This document shows positions 36,457 to 51,360 of a stretch of 64,000 bases of DNA, piece by piece. A model generated the notes under the pieces. It worked only from the letters and a program-made list of their open reading frames with translations, ran no database searches and was not told the DNA's origin. Within the stretch, counting starts at the first letter, position 1; each line of letters opens with the position of its first letter. The DNA is from the human T2T-CHM13v2.0 reference genome, Homo sapiens. The translations under genes were made by a program, and so were the position numbers. The stretch covers positions 18,784,001 through 18,848,000 of the forward strand of contig CP086569.2 of NCBI GenBank assembly GCA_009914755.4, written 5' to 3'.

Positions 36457-36790
36457 GGCCGGGCGCGGTGGCCTGTAATCCCACGCCTGTAATCTCAACA
36501 CGTTGGGAGGCCGAGATGGGCAGATCACGAAGTCAGGAAATCCCAACCGTCCTGGCTAACACGGTTCAACCCTGTCTCTATTAAAAATACTAAAAAAAAT
36601 TAGCCAGGCGTGGTGGCTGGCGCCTGTAGTCCCAGCTACTCTGGAGGCTGAGGCAGGAGAATGGCGTCAACCTGGAAGCTGGAGTTGCAGTGAGCATAGA
36701 CCGGGCCACTGCACTCCAGCCTGGGTGACAGAGTGAGACTCTATCTCAAAAATAAATAAAAAATAAGTAAATAAAATAAAATACATAAAA
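36457..36790 (+). mobile_element. Alu (AluY/S-like), full length with an A-rich tail.
   Basis: ggccgggcgcggtggcctgtaatccc...gcactccagcctgggtgacagagtgagactctatctcaaaaataaataaaa. Confidence 0.9.
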
Positions 36791-38444
36791 TACAACCTTA
36801 AGACCTATATATAGTTATTTTAAGAGGTTTGCATTAAGAGTGAGAGAAAGGGTGAAAAGAAATTGTTTCATTTCTCAGAGATGTGAATAGCAGGCAATAT
36901 GATGTTACAAATGAACCACAATCTAAATGACAGCTAAGCTCACAACAATGCAGACAGTTTGGAGGTGAGAAGTTATGAAGTCCAAGAAAGACATCCATGT
37001 TATTTAGCTTACGACTCCCAAGAGAGTTCTTCATTCCATCTTCCAAACAAGTTCCAAAGAGGTAAAATGGGCTGGTTAGGCCTAAAGAATGAAATCTGTT
37101 TGTGAAACTACTCGTGGTTGCTAAAATCTGTTGTAACCGCATAAAATGAAGAGGTATCTGTAATAGAAAGAGAATAATGTTTTCTTCTGTCAACTCTTCA
37201 ATATTCAATCATTAAATTGCAATTTATCATGGAGGACAGATGAAAACCGTCTGTGAGATCTTCTACATCGAAAATAATTCATTTAATAAGAATCATTTTT
37301 CTTCAAGTCAGTCGCTGTATTTTGTCAATATTATTTTCCTTTAAACAAATTATCATCTTAACTACCTGTCTGATACCACTAAAACAGTAAAGAGAAACCA
37401 GAAGTTAATTTTGTAGATGAGCACAAACAACTCTAATGTCTTCTGGTTTTGTTGAATGAGATCTTTGTTTTTTTCAAAACTGAAAAAAACATGCATTTTA
37501 TCCCATTTTACAACAATGTGGATTTGCCCCTTCCATTGGATATACTGTTCCAAAGAATCAAGAAGATTTTGGTGACTGTTAATGTCCATATTTAAAGTGT
37601 TAAAATATTTTTCACATTTGTACCTAAAGATATTTTTAAAGAAACAAATTATAAATATATATTCTTTATGTTTTTGTTTGGTTTGGTTTGGTTTGGTTTT
37701 CCAGTGAAGATAATAGAAAATTGTCTTTCACAAAACAGGTCCCTTGTGCCAACTGTTTGCAAACAGTCACACATAGATGCATGCACACATAAATTATTGA
37801 GTAAAAGTTTTGAAGACAGAAACTCATAGTGTTATAGTAATTTGAGTGAAATAGAACAGAAATGTTGACTAGATTTCAGAAAAAAAATGTTTTGAGTAGA
37901 TCAAATAAATGAAAATAACTTGTTGATGCAAGAAAAAGGGAGTGTTGGTCACACGTGAGGCTATAGAACTGAAATAGGTCAGTAAGAATTACATATGCAA
38001 ATTACACTTACAACCCTAAGTTTACAGTTTAGCTATGGAATCTAGAACCTCAAACTGAGAGATACAATGGGGAGTCAGTGCATTACAGGTGCACTGCAGA
38101 CATTTAAAAGAAATCTAAGTGATATGCTAATACAGAGAAGGGAGCTGCTGTGAGTGAAACAGAAGGAAGCCCAGAAATCAGAAGATCCCTTTTTCTTTCT
38201 ACCTCTGAGATATCTACGAATTACCTTCCTGAAAGAACAATAAACTCTCATGAGAAGCTGCAGCTTGTTTTAGAAACTAGAAAGAGCTATATATTACAGT
38301 ATACAGTAAAAAGTTGTGTGACAGTGTTTTATTGTCATGCATGCCACAAATTAGACCTTGATAAAATGAAGGAGACAAAGGAAACAGAATCAAGCTGTTA
38401 TTAAGCTTTGTGTGTGTGTAAGGGTTGGAAGGGGCAGCCCTTCT

Positions 38445-38690
38445 CTTCATTGCACAGGTTGGAGTGCAGCAACACAATCACAGCTCAGGAGATGTTTTCA
38501 TCTCACTGTCCCAGGTAGCAGGGACTACAGGTGCAGACAATTACACTCACCTAGCTAGCTTTTTGCATCTTAATAGAGATGATATATCACCACGTTACTC
38601 AGGCTGGTTCTGATCTCCTGAAATCAAGTAATCTGGCTGCCTTGGCTTCCCAAAATGTTAAGACTACCAGTGTGAAGGAACGTGCCTGGC
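38445..38690 (-). mobile_element. Old Alu (minus).
   Basis: ggttggagtgcagcaacacaatc...ctcaggctggttctgatctcctgaaatcaagtaatctggctgccttggcttcccaaaatgttaagactaccagtgtga. Confidence 0.7.
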
Positions 38691-38699
38691 ACAAGCTTG

Positions 38700-38703
38700 C
38701 ATT

Positions 38704-38753
<50 letters not shown>

Positions 38754-38860
38754 CAAATATATATAGATACACACACATATATGCATATATATACACATAC
38801 ACATATGTATTATATAAAGGTATACATTATATATGCATATATAAGTTTATCATGTATATA
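38700..38860. repeat. (TA)n / (TATACA)-rich compound simple repeat.
   Basis: Direct read. The ORF-track ORFs 38579..38962 and 38682..38918 are artefacts of it. Confidence 0.9.
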
Positions 38861-39084
38861 TTTTCTTGCAGGGCTAGAAAGGGGTACTTTCTTGACAGTG
38901 ATGAAAGTGTTCATTTGATAAGAAAAAATGTTTATTTGATGATGAGTAATGTTGATCTTTGATATACATAATCTCATGGATAAACATTACTCTAGAAACT
39001 AAAAGACGTCATTGATGCACTAATCTAATTTGAAAAGAGTAATGAAGGAACTTTAAGCATACACTGAAAGTCAGTGAAATGGCA

Positions 39085-39185
39085 TTTTACCTTCCCGAGT
39101 AGCTGATACTACAGGCTCAAACCACCACACCTGAGTAGTTTTTGTATTTTTTGTGGAGACTGGTTTTTGCCATGTTGCCCAAGCT
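39085..39185 (-). mobile_element. Alu fragment.
   Basis: ...ccttcccgagtagctgatactacaggc...gtatttttt gtggagactggtttt. Confidence 0.5.
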
Positions 39186-42100
39186 TATGAAATAATTTTT
39201 ATTATGTGTGATGACAGCACCATGGTCAAATTTTAAGGAAAATCTTTACAGATGTGTTCAAGCACTTATAGAGATAAAATTATATACTTGAGATTTGCTT
39301 CATTAGAGAACTGTTAGATCAAGGAAATGGCTACATTTTAATGTTTAGTTTATATAGAGAGTATAAATCTTATTATAATAAGAATTTAATTGTATCTTAA
39401 GTGATGAAAGAATACATGGCCTGTCTTTGCTGTGACAATTTTTGTCTCTTTCTATTCGGATAATACTAGTAGAAATGGCCAAGAAAGACAGCTATAATAT
39501 TACTTTTGTTTAAATATTTAACATCAAATACATTATGGATTTTAAGATATATTTAAAATTTTTAGTTTATGTAGAGTTGATTTCATCAAAATTAAATGAT
39601 AACTCACCCATAATTTACCTGAACTGTTTCCAAAAACTTTTGGGTACGTAGAATTGTAGTCAGAAAGCAGCTAAATCAAAAGATTGACCTGAAGATGTCT
39701 TAGGACACCAATATTGTACTCTTTACTATCTTCTGTCTTGTTTAATGCTAGTTTGTCTTCACATTTATGAGAATATTTAAATACATCATCGTGAGGATGA
39801 GCCTTACTCTAGAAGCCAAAAGGCATATCTTTAAAAGTATTGTGAAAGTAGTTGAATGAAATATATACCAAAACTGAGTTAATGAAATGATTCGCAATTT
39901 TTGTAGCATTTTCAAAGAACTTACTGTGTTTAATGTTTAGCGTTAGTGTTTATTTCACAGGTGGACCATCATAAAGAGTATACAGAAAAGTTATCAGTAG
40001 AAATAATAAAATAATAACATACCTCACAGGTAAGAAAATAGACTACAATCTTCTCAAGTCAACAGGATTGGAAAGAAATCAGTGCTCTGCCATAAATAAC
40101 TTACAAGAACTAAGTACTTTTTTCTCCTGGAATGCAGTGGCTTCTTGTGAGTATCATGGATTTTTGAGATTTACATGGTATAATTTATGTGATGTATTGA
40201 GAATTATTACAAATCAATAAATATGGCCATTAAGAGCAGTTGTGGAAGGATCGAGAGCATACACAGAAGTTCCAAAGGTCGTAATTTCCTTGTAGCTACA
40301 GAACAAAATACAGCTGTTTTACACATATGCAACATGTTTCTCTATGCTTTGGTATGCATCTGAGGTTTATGACACAGAAATAAAAATTATCTGCTTCATG
40401 TCCTGACGAAGTTCATGGCACAGAAAAAGTAGCTAGGCAGACATGCATGCCACAGTGAAGGGCTGGGACAACATAAAGCACAAGCAGCTAAGCACAATGG
40501 TGGGGACTTAATTTGAATGCTATATTCTATCTACTTCATTCGCTTCTTGCCAGTACAATTTGCCATCTCGATCAGTTTTCAATTCCAAACCCTAGAGGAA
40601 AAACCAGCTAGAGGATCAGGACCCAAATTCTATCTTTTTGTCCAGTAGTGGCTGTTAACCAAGTAAGAGTGGACATCCCATAAGGAGATCCTACAAAAAG
40701 GAATGTTACCCAAGTTGTAATGCCTGCATAGTGTGATCTGTCATACCTAGAAAGGCAGAGACAAGTGTGTGTTTTGTAATCCCCGTAAACTTTAAGAGCT
40801 AAGATGTTATTTGAAGGCAAAGTTACTTCTGATCACTGAGGAAAAGAAATGTAGAAATTTTGGAACTGTTTACTACAGTTAAAATGTTCTAATTTCTTTC
40901 TTTAGTTTCTATCAATATCTACGCAAATAAAAGCAAAGGAATGATAAACAGTTTGAGTGTAAACATTTCCAAAATTCAGGTTTTCTGTATTAACTTACTT
41001 AATAGCTACATCTTAAATATGTGATCTGCCACTAAAGCCTAACTTTTTGCTGCCTTATGATCAACCAAATACTTTTTATTTTCAACCAGGTGCTTTTACA
41101 CCTTTAGTAGCCTTATTGTAATTGTGAAATAATGTTGATAACAGGTCCATGTAGCATTATCTGAAAAACGATTTTTTTCTTAAGCAGAAGAATAGCTAAT
41201 TTGAGGAAAATATACAGAAAATCCTAAAAATAAACACAACTTATATAACACAGATAAAATTAAGGTCAAAAAATTAAATAGCATACTTCAAATACAAGAT
41301 GAGAATATACTTATTAAAATAAATATTTTTTATTCTTAAAATTCTGAATTGCATTTACCATGTCATACAAATATGATTGTATCAATTGTGCTTTGAAAAC
41401 AAACAAAAAATAATAAAAACTGTCAAGTAAACTTTCAAGTTATTAGATAGTGAGCATGAAAAATATGCCATTCATAGTATCTCAGATATTCTAGCCATAT
41501 TGTGAAAATGCAGTCCTGACAAAATCTCATGAAAGTACAGTAATCTCAGGAAGAAAAACAGTACCTGGTATGAGAATATTAAAAACAAATAAATAATTAA
41601 AATTTAACTCACACCTTTGTTACTCATCTTTGAACAATCATTGTCTACATCACCACATGTGTTTCTAATTGTAGAACTACTGTTTCTAAGCACTAACGTT
41701 ATGTATAGTTGCTAGATCACACAATTTATGTGACTAGTCACACCAGCCTCTTTGAGTCCCACAAGTCATTTTTGTGGGCAGGGTCTGATCGGGGGCAGAT
41801 ATTCCCACTATCTGAGTGTCTCACAACCTCAGAGAAGAAAAACTATGCTTATGCTACAAAAATGATGACTCTGTCCATAGTTCTTCTAATCAGGCTGGGA
41901 AATTCATTTTATCAGGCTAACACAGCAATTTTCAAATGGTACCTTAAATTTTTATATCACCAGAAACATGATCCAATATATGCACCATTAACTAGAGATA
42001 TCTTAATTCTGCATTTTTAATGGCATTGCTTCTGTAACAGTTTTATTTGAAAAAGTCATATCAGATGGTATAATATTAAATTTCCATGTACTAACACAGA

Positions 42101-42580
42101 CTTTAATCATTATGTGTTAACTGATTGAAAAACTTTTGTACTTAAAATAAGTGTATTCAATACACTGTCATCAGAAATTTATATAAATAGGACATTAGAG
42201 TTTTCTCAGTTCAAACTGAGCACTGCATACAAGTTATTGTTCTCAAACCTAAAAACTATAATCTTCACATAAATATCTGCTTTTTTCCTCATTACATAGT
42301 GATGATTAATTTATATTCATTTTATTATGAGATAAAGTCAATTAGGTGGTGTATTTAAAATCCCTGTGAGAACTAGAAATCTTCTCTATCTTATAAAACT
42401 GAACACAACTTACACATCAATCCATCTTAGATGTGGACTGCATAAATTAGAGCACATTGAATGCCAAGTTATGTAGCACAGAACAGAAATAAACAGATCT
42501 TCATGTATTGACAGGTGTGTCACTAAGTAAAAACAAATAACTATATTGTATATTTTATATTCTCATTTCTGTAAAAAAAG

Positions 42581-42645
42581 ATGAGAAGAAGAAGAAGAAG
42601 AGGAAGGAGAAGAAGAAGAAGAAAAAGAAAAAGAGGAAATAGCTT
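42581..42645. repeat. (GAA)n / (GAAGAA) purine-rich microsatellite.
   Basis: Direct read. Generates the artefactual ORFs 42581..42784 and 42541..42768. Confidence 0.9.
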
Positions 42646-43098
42646 TATGTATGAAGAAGTGCAAATACTTCCAAAAACATCTCTGGACCAGAAATACAAT
42701 ATTCGTGGCAAGTTAATAATTTTTCTTGCATGCCGTCTTATATATTTGGAAATATATATTAGCCACAAGGAAAGAAAAGATTGACTTAACGTTTCATAAC
42801 AGTAGTGGCTGCTTAAAAAAAAATTTAAAATATTTATTTACTCTGCCAATACAATAGTTAAATAAATTAACAAAAGTCTGTGTTTTTAAAACGGAAACTC
42901 TCCTCTTTACATAGATCCCACAGGACAAATAAAGATCTGTCCTTTTCAACAGTGAGTTTAGCTAGAAACTCCTGCAATGTGCCAAAAAATATACTCACAG
43001 AGAGAAACATATAAACTAACATAATTTCACATTTTCAATTAAATATCTGTACAGAATACTGTTGTTAATTATATTTGTAACTCTCTGATTTCCCTTGA

Positions 43099-43419
<321 letters not shown>

Positions 43420-44659
43420 CTATTGTTTTTCAATTTACTTACATTACCTCTCGCTATGAGTTTCAGTTCTGCGTAAGATTTGAACATTGCTATCCATTTT
43501 GTTTAATTGATGTGGACATTTAAAAGTAATAACATGCACTCAGATGATCTCTTTTCACATTATGATTTTAAAATAATACTTCTCTTGGAATTTAACTAAA
43601 ACAACATTAAGCAACTTCAATGTTTGGGTTAGAAAAATCTTTTTAATGTATACATTTTTAGTATAAACTTTTTGTACCATTAAATTTGGTTTCTTCTTAC
43701 TCAACAGTCTTACTATTTTTTTTTTGTATATGATTAAATCAATTCCACTGTGTTAAATTACCAAAACCATATATGAGAACATTTAAGTAATACATCTTAT
43801 TTAAAAAAAAAAAAATATTCTCTGATATAAATGGTTTTAATTATATACCTGATGGCTACAAAATGTTAAGCTAGTTGATTAAAAGCAAAGCAAAACAAAA
43901 GCGATGAGTTAATTTTTTCTAAATGTAAATATAGAATTTCAAACAAAACTGTTATTAACGATAAAAAACCTCTTTATGATTTTAAATACCCACTAGTCAT
44001 TTCTTTGTCCATGTAATATATTTCCATCAAACAGACTGATATCTTTTTGAGATTTTTTTACCCAGCCAATCCTGTGCTGCAGGTAGCTCAAAACCAGGGT
44101 TGATGGTAGTGGGTGAACTATGGACCAGAACAGCCTGCTCTGCTAGCAGTTCTTTATTTCTTAAATATTGCAGGTGAACTTTTGATGCTGGGAAGATTTA
44201 AACATCAATTAATTCCTAGTAACTTACAAAAAGTAGTCACACAGTATTAGTAGAAACATAGCTTAAGAAAAAGTTGTCTTTCCAAGAAAATACCTTTTAA
44301 GTTTATTTGACATAATTAAACATCTTATTGTATCTTCAAACAATTTAGAATACTCTTACAAAAGAAAATCCAAAGGAAAAAAAAATGCAAGTGTAATCAA
44401 TAAATGCAATGAGTTTTCCAAATGAGATATGTAAAGCAATTTCTAAGATGTGAGAACTCTTCACCATAGAAAAATGACTTTCTACATAAACCTACTCTTT
44501 TAATTATGCATTAATGGAAATAAATTCATTTCCAATAGAGAGACAATGCACTTAAGTTATCTTTGTGAATTATGAGACATAAAACGAAACTCATCAAAAA
44601 TATGATATAAAAAATAAGGTTTGTAAGACCAGTGTATTTCTCAATTGGAAACTCAGACG

Positions 44660-44945
44660 AGGGCCGGCAAGCCTTGGTGGCTCATGCCTGTAATTCCGGC
44701 ACTTTTAGAGGCCAAAACAGGCAGAGTACTTGAAGCCAGGAGTTTGAGACCAGCATGGCCAATATGGTGAAAGCCCTTCGAGTGTGTTGGTGCATACCTG
44801 TAATCTCAGCTATTCAAGAAGCTGAGGAAGAATGAACATTTGAACTTGGGAGGCAGGGTGCTGCAGTGTGCTAAGATTGCACCACTGCACACCATCCAAA
44901 GAGACAGTGTGGGATTCCATTCTAAGAATAAAAGAAAATAAATTT
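44660..44945 (+). mobile_element. Old Alu (AluJ-like), counterpart of 30604-30862.
   Basis: gggccggcaagccttggtggctcatgcctgtaattcc...gattgcaccactgcacacc..., A-rich end. Confidence 0.8.
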
Positions 44946-45234
44946 GATCAATTAAGAATTGAGATATTCTACTTATTTGCTTTTCAATGCAGTTTGTGAC
45001 AACCCTGATTTGTAATTAGAAAATGTCTTAAATAAAGTGTGGCACACATTTCAGTTACTGTAACCTCCCTTCTAAGAAAATAAACCCTTTCTAGTTTTAT
45101 TTAATTTATTTAACTTTGTCTTGTATTAAGTTCCAGGGTACATGCAGGACATGCTGGTTCATTACATAAGTGACAGGATATTAGAACCGCAGAAAGTTAG
45201 ATAAAAATAAGATCTCATATAAAATTTGCATATT

Positions 45235-45552
45235 TGTTTTGTTTTGTTTTGTTTTTTAAGACAGAGTTTCACTATTGTGATGCAGGCTGGAGTGCAACGG
45301 CATGATCTCAGCTCATTCTCGCCTCCTGGTTTCAATCGATTCTCCTGCCTCAACCTCCGGAGTAGCTGGGATTACAGGCGACTGTCACCATGCCCAGCTA
45401 ATTTTGTTTGTTTGTTTACTTATTGTATTTTTAGTAGAGACAGGGTTACACCATGTTGGCCAGACTGGTCTCCAACTCCTGACCTAGGGTGATTCTCCCA
45501 ATTTGGCCTCCCAAAGTGCTGGGATTACAGGTGTGAACCACCCTGCGCGGCC
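45235..45552 (-). mobile_element. Alu (AluS-like), right-arm specific, inserted into an old L1 3' end.
   Basis: (GTTTT)n tail, agacagagtttcactattgtga...gtgaaccaccctgcgcggcc. Confidence 0.9.
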
Positions 45553-46099
45553 TCTGCAAAATTGTTAAAACTGGTTTTTTTATTCATTCTTCATAACTCT
45601 TTAGAATAGTCAATGTCAACAATTTAGCTTCCAGAAGACACTAAGATATTTGGACATTTCAACCATGGGAAAAGGATGTTACTATTGCACTTAGTGGAAA
45701 AGGTCAGAAATGCTGCTCAACCTCTTACAATGCACAGCAAAAGTGCCTCCACAAAAAAAAAAAAGTATGTGAGTATATAATGTCAAAATCCAGGGATTAG
45801 AAATTGTGTTCCATTGGCAAGTTTCATAATCTGCTAAAAGAATGCTAATCTGAAGCCCAATGCCTATATTTCAGAAATATATTTTGTGAGAATCAGGTGG
45901 TTCCATGCAAATATGTTCTTGGGATTCAGGTGGTTCAACGCAAATACCAATTATGCAAATTTTATTTCTAAATAATGTTGAAATATAATACTTTCCAAAT
46001 AAGGATAAAATATGAAAATATTCAGGGTATTGACACTCAATTATCAGTGTCTCAGGATTTAAGAGAAGTAAGGCATTTAAACACAATTAGCTATGCTTC

Positions 46100-49000
46100 T
46101 TTTGTTACAGAATTTTAGGGGAGTCACTTTGCCAGATGAAAACCCCTGTGGCCAGTGGTGCCTTTGCTTGAGTTTTTCCCAGGCCTGCTACATGTGTTCT
46201 ACCCACTCTGCCTGACAGGCTGCACTCAGCTTGCATTAAGAGCCAGCATTTATCACCTGCCAAGGGCAAGCATGGTGGAGTGGTGAGTGTTGTATGAGCA
46301 AGTGTGGGCTCCAACCACTAAACTCATCCAGGCATGCCAGCTGTGGCAAAACAAGAAATTTTAGGTGCCAGCAGAAGTTCCGTCTCACTGAGAAGCAGCA
46401 GCTGGGCCAGGCATACTGCAGGCAGCATCCACAGCTGATACTGTGAAACGTAGTGGGGCCCAGAAGCTTGGAGATGCCAGAAAATGCAAAGCCCCTAAGA
46501 GGGTGTCACAGTCATGGCATCGAGAGCCCCTAAGTCTGTGCACCCTGAAGGGCCACAGCTGTCCTCTTATTTTTGTGTTCCACACTACGATAAGCAAGGG
46601 GGCGAGTTTTATCCATAGTTGTGTTACAGGTCATTCAGCCCTGATAGTCAGCTGATCTCAAATTATTGTTCTGCATCCCAGAAGAGAGAGGTACATGCTG
46701 CCTTCAGTCTTTCCACCTCTACCTATAGAGATAAACCATGTGCTGGCTGAGGCCACAGTGATAGCCTCCCCTGAGTCAGTTGCCAGGTATGATAATGTTG
46801 ATTCTTCTCAGAGGCCACCCCCAACATCTCTGTTTGGTTCTAAGCCTATAACTAAACTAAAGTACTGGCGGGCTCTTTACGGTGATATTGAGAGTGCAAC
46901 CCATGAGAAGTTGTGGTAAACTGAAGAACAACTGTTTGAGTTCTATAATATACATGAACAGCAGGCTAGAGAACACAGAAGCAAATGGATATTAAGGGTA
47001 TGGGATAATAGCAGAAGGAACACAGGGTTGTATCAGGCTGAATTTATTGACTAGGGCTGACCTAGTAGGGACTCTGCATTTAAAGATGCAGCACAGGGAG
47101 CTAAGAATTTCTCATAGTTTATCTGCTTGGTTAGCTAAAATATGAATTCAAAGATGGCCCACTGTGAGTGAGCTCTATAAATGTCCGCTCTCCATTGGTT
47201 TAAAGTAAAGGATGAAATCCAAAGGCCTTGGGAGATTGGAATGGTGGAGTAGATTAGTTCACTTTAGACCTACTCATCCCAGCTGAGAGAGTCCAGAGGA
47301 TATACTCTTGATCAATGCCTTGTGAAATAGAGCAGTACCCGCATCTTTGAACAGCTCTGTAATTACTCTTCTCTGTGTGTCAGATCTAAGGGTGGGAACT
47401 GCAGCCACTAACTATAACATTTAAATACACTAGGGATAATTGAATCCCAAGGTGGCAGGAACCAAGTGGCAACACTCGACCATCAGAGGCAAGGTGGGTG
47501 TAGGTACCATAATGGACAGCTGTCGCAAAGCAGCAATCAGAAGAGTCTGACACCTGTGGAACCCTGGCACTGGCTAATTAATCAAGGTGTTCCTGGAAGT
47601 GAAATTGATAGAAAGCCTACTGCATTCCTACCTAAGTTATAGAAACAGAAAACTTTGGTGTCAAATAGATGAAGAACTATTCTAAATTATAAAGACAGAA
47701 CCACAGCTTCTCAACCTATTTCCACACCAGAGCCAATTTAAAGACACAGAACCCCTTGAATGAAGGGGAGGCTGGATCCCCTTGAGGAAAGACCCCACTC
47801 CATTACCAACAATTTATGCAGTGAATCTTTCTCTCCTTGTTCCTTAAGTAATGCCTGGACTTTTGTCAGGGTAACTGTGCATGGAAGAAAGGGAAATGAT
47901 CAGAATTTTCGGGCTACTGGACCCTGGATCTGAGCTGATACTGACTCCAGGAGACCCGAAACATCATTGTGGTTCTACAGTTAAAATAGAACCTTATGAA
48001 GGTCAGGCAATTAATAAAGTTTTAGCTTCCGTCAGACTTACAGTGGGTCGAGCGTGTACCTAGAGTCATCCTAAGGTCATTTTCCCAGTGCCAGAATGCA
48101 TTATTGGCATAGACACACTTAGCTGCTGGTAGAACCCCACATTTGCTTCCTGACCTGTAGGGTGAGGATTACTAAAATAGGAAAAGGCAAATGGAAGCCA
48201 TTTGAGCTTCCTCTACCTGAAAATACAGTAAATCCAAAACAATATCACAACCCCGGAGAGATTGTGAAGATTAGTACCATCATTAAGGACTTGAAAGACA
48301 CACAGTTGGTCATTACCAGCACATCTGAAAACAACTCTCCCATTTAACCTGTGCAGAAGACAAGTGGATCTTGGAGAATGACAGGAGATTTTGGTAAGCT
48401 TAACCACTTGGTGACTCGAATTGCAGCTGCTGTACCAAATGTGGTTTTATTGCTTGAGCAAATAAATATATCTCCTGGCATCTGGTATGCAGCCATTGAC
48501 TTGGCAAATGCCTTTTTCTTCACTCCTGTCCATAAGACCCACCAGAGGCAACTTGCCTTCACCCGACAATACCAGAAATACACCTTTACTCTCTTACCTC
48601 AGGGGTATACCAACTCTCTACCTTTGTGCCTTAATCTTTTTCAGAGAGATCTTGATTTCTTTTGGTGGCTGCAAGATATCACACTTGTCTGTTACACTGA
48701 TGACATTACGCTGATTTGATCCAGTGAGCAAGAAGTAGCAAACATACTGGACTTATTGGTGAGGCATGTTTATGCCAGATTATAGGAAATAAATCTGACT
48801 AAAATTCAGGGACCTTCTAGCTCAGTAAAATTTCTAGGGGTCCAGTGGTGTAAGACCTGTTGACATATTCCTGCTAAGGTAAAGAACAGTTTGCTGCATT
48901 TGGCCCCGATACAAACAAAAAAATGGGGGACAATGTCTAGTGGGTTTATTTGGATATTGGAGAAAACATATTCCTTATGTGAGGTTGTTACTCTCCCCCT

Positions 49001-51060
49001 TTTATTGAGCGACTTAAAAGGCTGCCAGTTGTGAGTAGTGTCCAGAACAGGAAAAAGCTGTGTAGAAGATCCAGGCAAGCTTTTCTGTCACTTGGGTCAT
49101 ATGACCTACAAGATATAATGGTGACTGAGGTGTCAGTGGTAGATAGGGGTGCTGTTTGGAGCCTAATGCCAGGATCTCACAGGTGAATCACAGCATAGGT
49201 CTCTAGGATTTTGAAGTAAGGGCCTGCCATCTTCTGCAGATAACCACTGTCCTATTGAGAGACAGCTCTTGGCCTGTTACTGGGTTTGGTGGAAGCTGAA
49301 CCCTTGTCTATAAGTCATCAAGTCACCAAGTGAACTGAAATGCCTATCATGAACTGGGTGCTTTCTGATCCATCTAGCCATAAAGTGGGTTGTCCATAGC
49401 AGAATTTTATCATCAAATGGAAGTGGTACATTCGTGCCCAGTCTCAAGCCAGTCCTGAAGGCACAAGTAATTTACATGCGTAACTGACTCAAATGCTCAT
49501 GTTCTCCAGTCTTGCCACCATGGCTTCTCCCCTCCAACCTGCACTGATAGTCTCATGGATAGTTCCCTGTGGTCAGTTGACAGAATAAGAGAAGACTATG
49601 GCCTGGCTCCAGATGGTTCTGCACCATATATGGAGCCACCACCCAAGAATGAACAGCTGCAGCAGTACAGATTTTTGCTGGGATATCCGTGAAGAACAGT
49701 GGTGAAGGGACCTCTTCCCAGTAGACTGAACGTCAAGGAGAAATAACCAGATGTGTGATTATATACTGGTTCATGGGCCATAACCAATGTTCTGGTTGGA
49801 TGATCAGGAACTTGGAAGAAGCATTATCAGTAAATAAGTGGCAAAGTAATTTAAGAGAGAGTTACGTAGATGAGCCTCTCTGAGTGGTCAAAAACTGTGA
49901 GGATATTTATATTTCATGTGAGTGTTCAACAACGGTGACCTCAGAAGAGGAAAAATTTTGTAAGCAAATGGATAGAATAAACCATCCTGTGGAAACCACT
50001 CAGTCTCTCTCCCGAGCTTCTGCTGTCATCACCCAGAGGGCCCATAAACAAAGTGGCCATGATTGCAGGGGTGAAGATTATGCACGGGTGCAGCAAAATG
50101 GACTTTTACTCACCAAAGCTAACCTGGCTATGGCCACTGCTGCATGCCCCATTTGCAAGCAACAGAGTCCAACACTGATCCGTCGATAGGGCACCATTTC
50201 TCAGGGTGCTTTCACTGGATATACGTTTGCCTATTCTGCATCCAATGCTTCTGCCAAGACTACCATCTGTGGACACGCTAAATACCTCATCCACCAACAT
50301 AGCATTCCACACAGCATTCCCTCTGACAAAGACACTCACCTTATGGCTAAAGAAGTGTGGCAGTGGGCTCCTGCTTATGTAATTCACTGGTCTTACCATG
50401 CCTCCCATCATCCTAGGGCAGCTGGATTAATAGAATGGTGAAATGGCCTTTTAAAGTTACAATTACAATACCAACCATGCGGCAAGACTTTGCAAACCTG
50501 GGGAAAAGTTCTCCAGACGGCAATGTATGTTCTGAATCAGTGTTGAACATATACTGTTTTTCCCATAGCCAGAATTATTGGGTACAGAAATCAAGGTGTG
50601 GAAGTGAAAATGTCCCCGCTCACCGTCACCCCTAGTGATCCACTAGCAAAATGTTTGCTTCCTGTTTCCTTTACATTATGTTCCGCGGGCTTACAGGTCT
50701 TAGTTCCAGGGGGAGAAATGTTGCCACCAGGAGACAGAATGACATTTCCATTAAACTGACAGTGAAGATTGTCCCCTTGGCATTTTGGGCTACTCCTGCC
50801 TTTCAGTCAACAGGCTAAGGAAGTGACAGTGTTGGCTGTGGTGACTGACTTGCATTAGCAAGATAAAGTCAGTCTACTATTTTACAATGGAGGCATGGAA
50901 GAATATACATGGAACACAGGAGATCCATTAGGGTGCCTGATAGTATTTAACTGCCCTGAGGTTAAGATCAACGGAAAATTACAACAGCCTAATTTTGACA
51001 GGACTGTGAGTGATCCAGAACCTTCAGGAATTAAGGTTTGGGTTACTCTAACAGAAAAGA
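46100..51060 (+). mobile_element. ERVL-like endogenous retrovirus remnant (pol and dUTPase), right-arm copy.
   Basis: Plus-strand ORFs: protease-like 47881..48063 (LLDPGSELILTPGDPKHH, a degenerate D-T/S-G motif); RT 48162..48347 and 48351..48719 (…LPQGYTNSLP…CYTDDITLI, a YxDD box); integrase 49884..50189 (H-x3-H…C-x2-C zinc finger: HKQSGH…CPIC); catalytic core about 50190-50460 (..IPSDKDTH..HWSYHASHHPRAAGLIEW.). The dUTPase-equivalent region is about 50690-51030. Confidence 0.7.
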
Positions 51061-51360
51061 AAGGAAGAAAGCAAGCAAGCAAGCCAGCAAGCAAGCCAGC
51101 CAGCAAGAAAGCAAGCAAGCAAGCAGGCAAGCAGGCAATCAGGCAAGCAGGCAAGCAGGCAAGCACGCAAGCACGCAAGCACGCAAGCACGCAAGCAAAC
51201 AAGAAAGAAAGAAGAAAAGAGAGAGAGGGAGGAAGGAAGAAAAGAAGGAAGGAAGGAAGGGAGGAAGGAAAGAAGGAAGGAATAGAGGAAGCAAGGGAGG
51301 AAGGAATGGAGGAAGGAAGGAAATAAAGAAGGAAGGAAGAAAGGAAATAAGTAAGTAAGG
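51060..51360. repeat. Compound simple repeat, (AAGC)n / (AAGG)n / (GGAA)n.
   Basis: Direct read. The ORF-track ORFs 50882..51415, 50895..51326, 51038..51358 and 51139..51417 are low-complexity artefacts. Confidence 0.95.
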
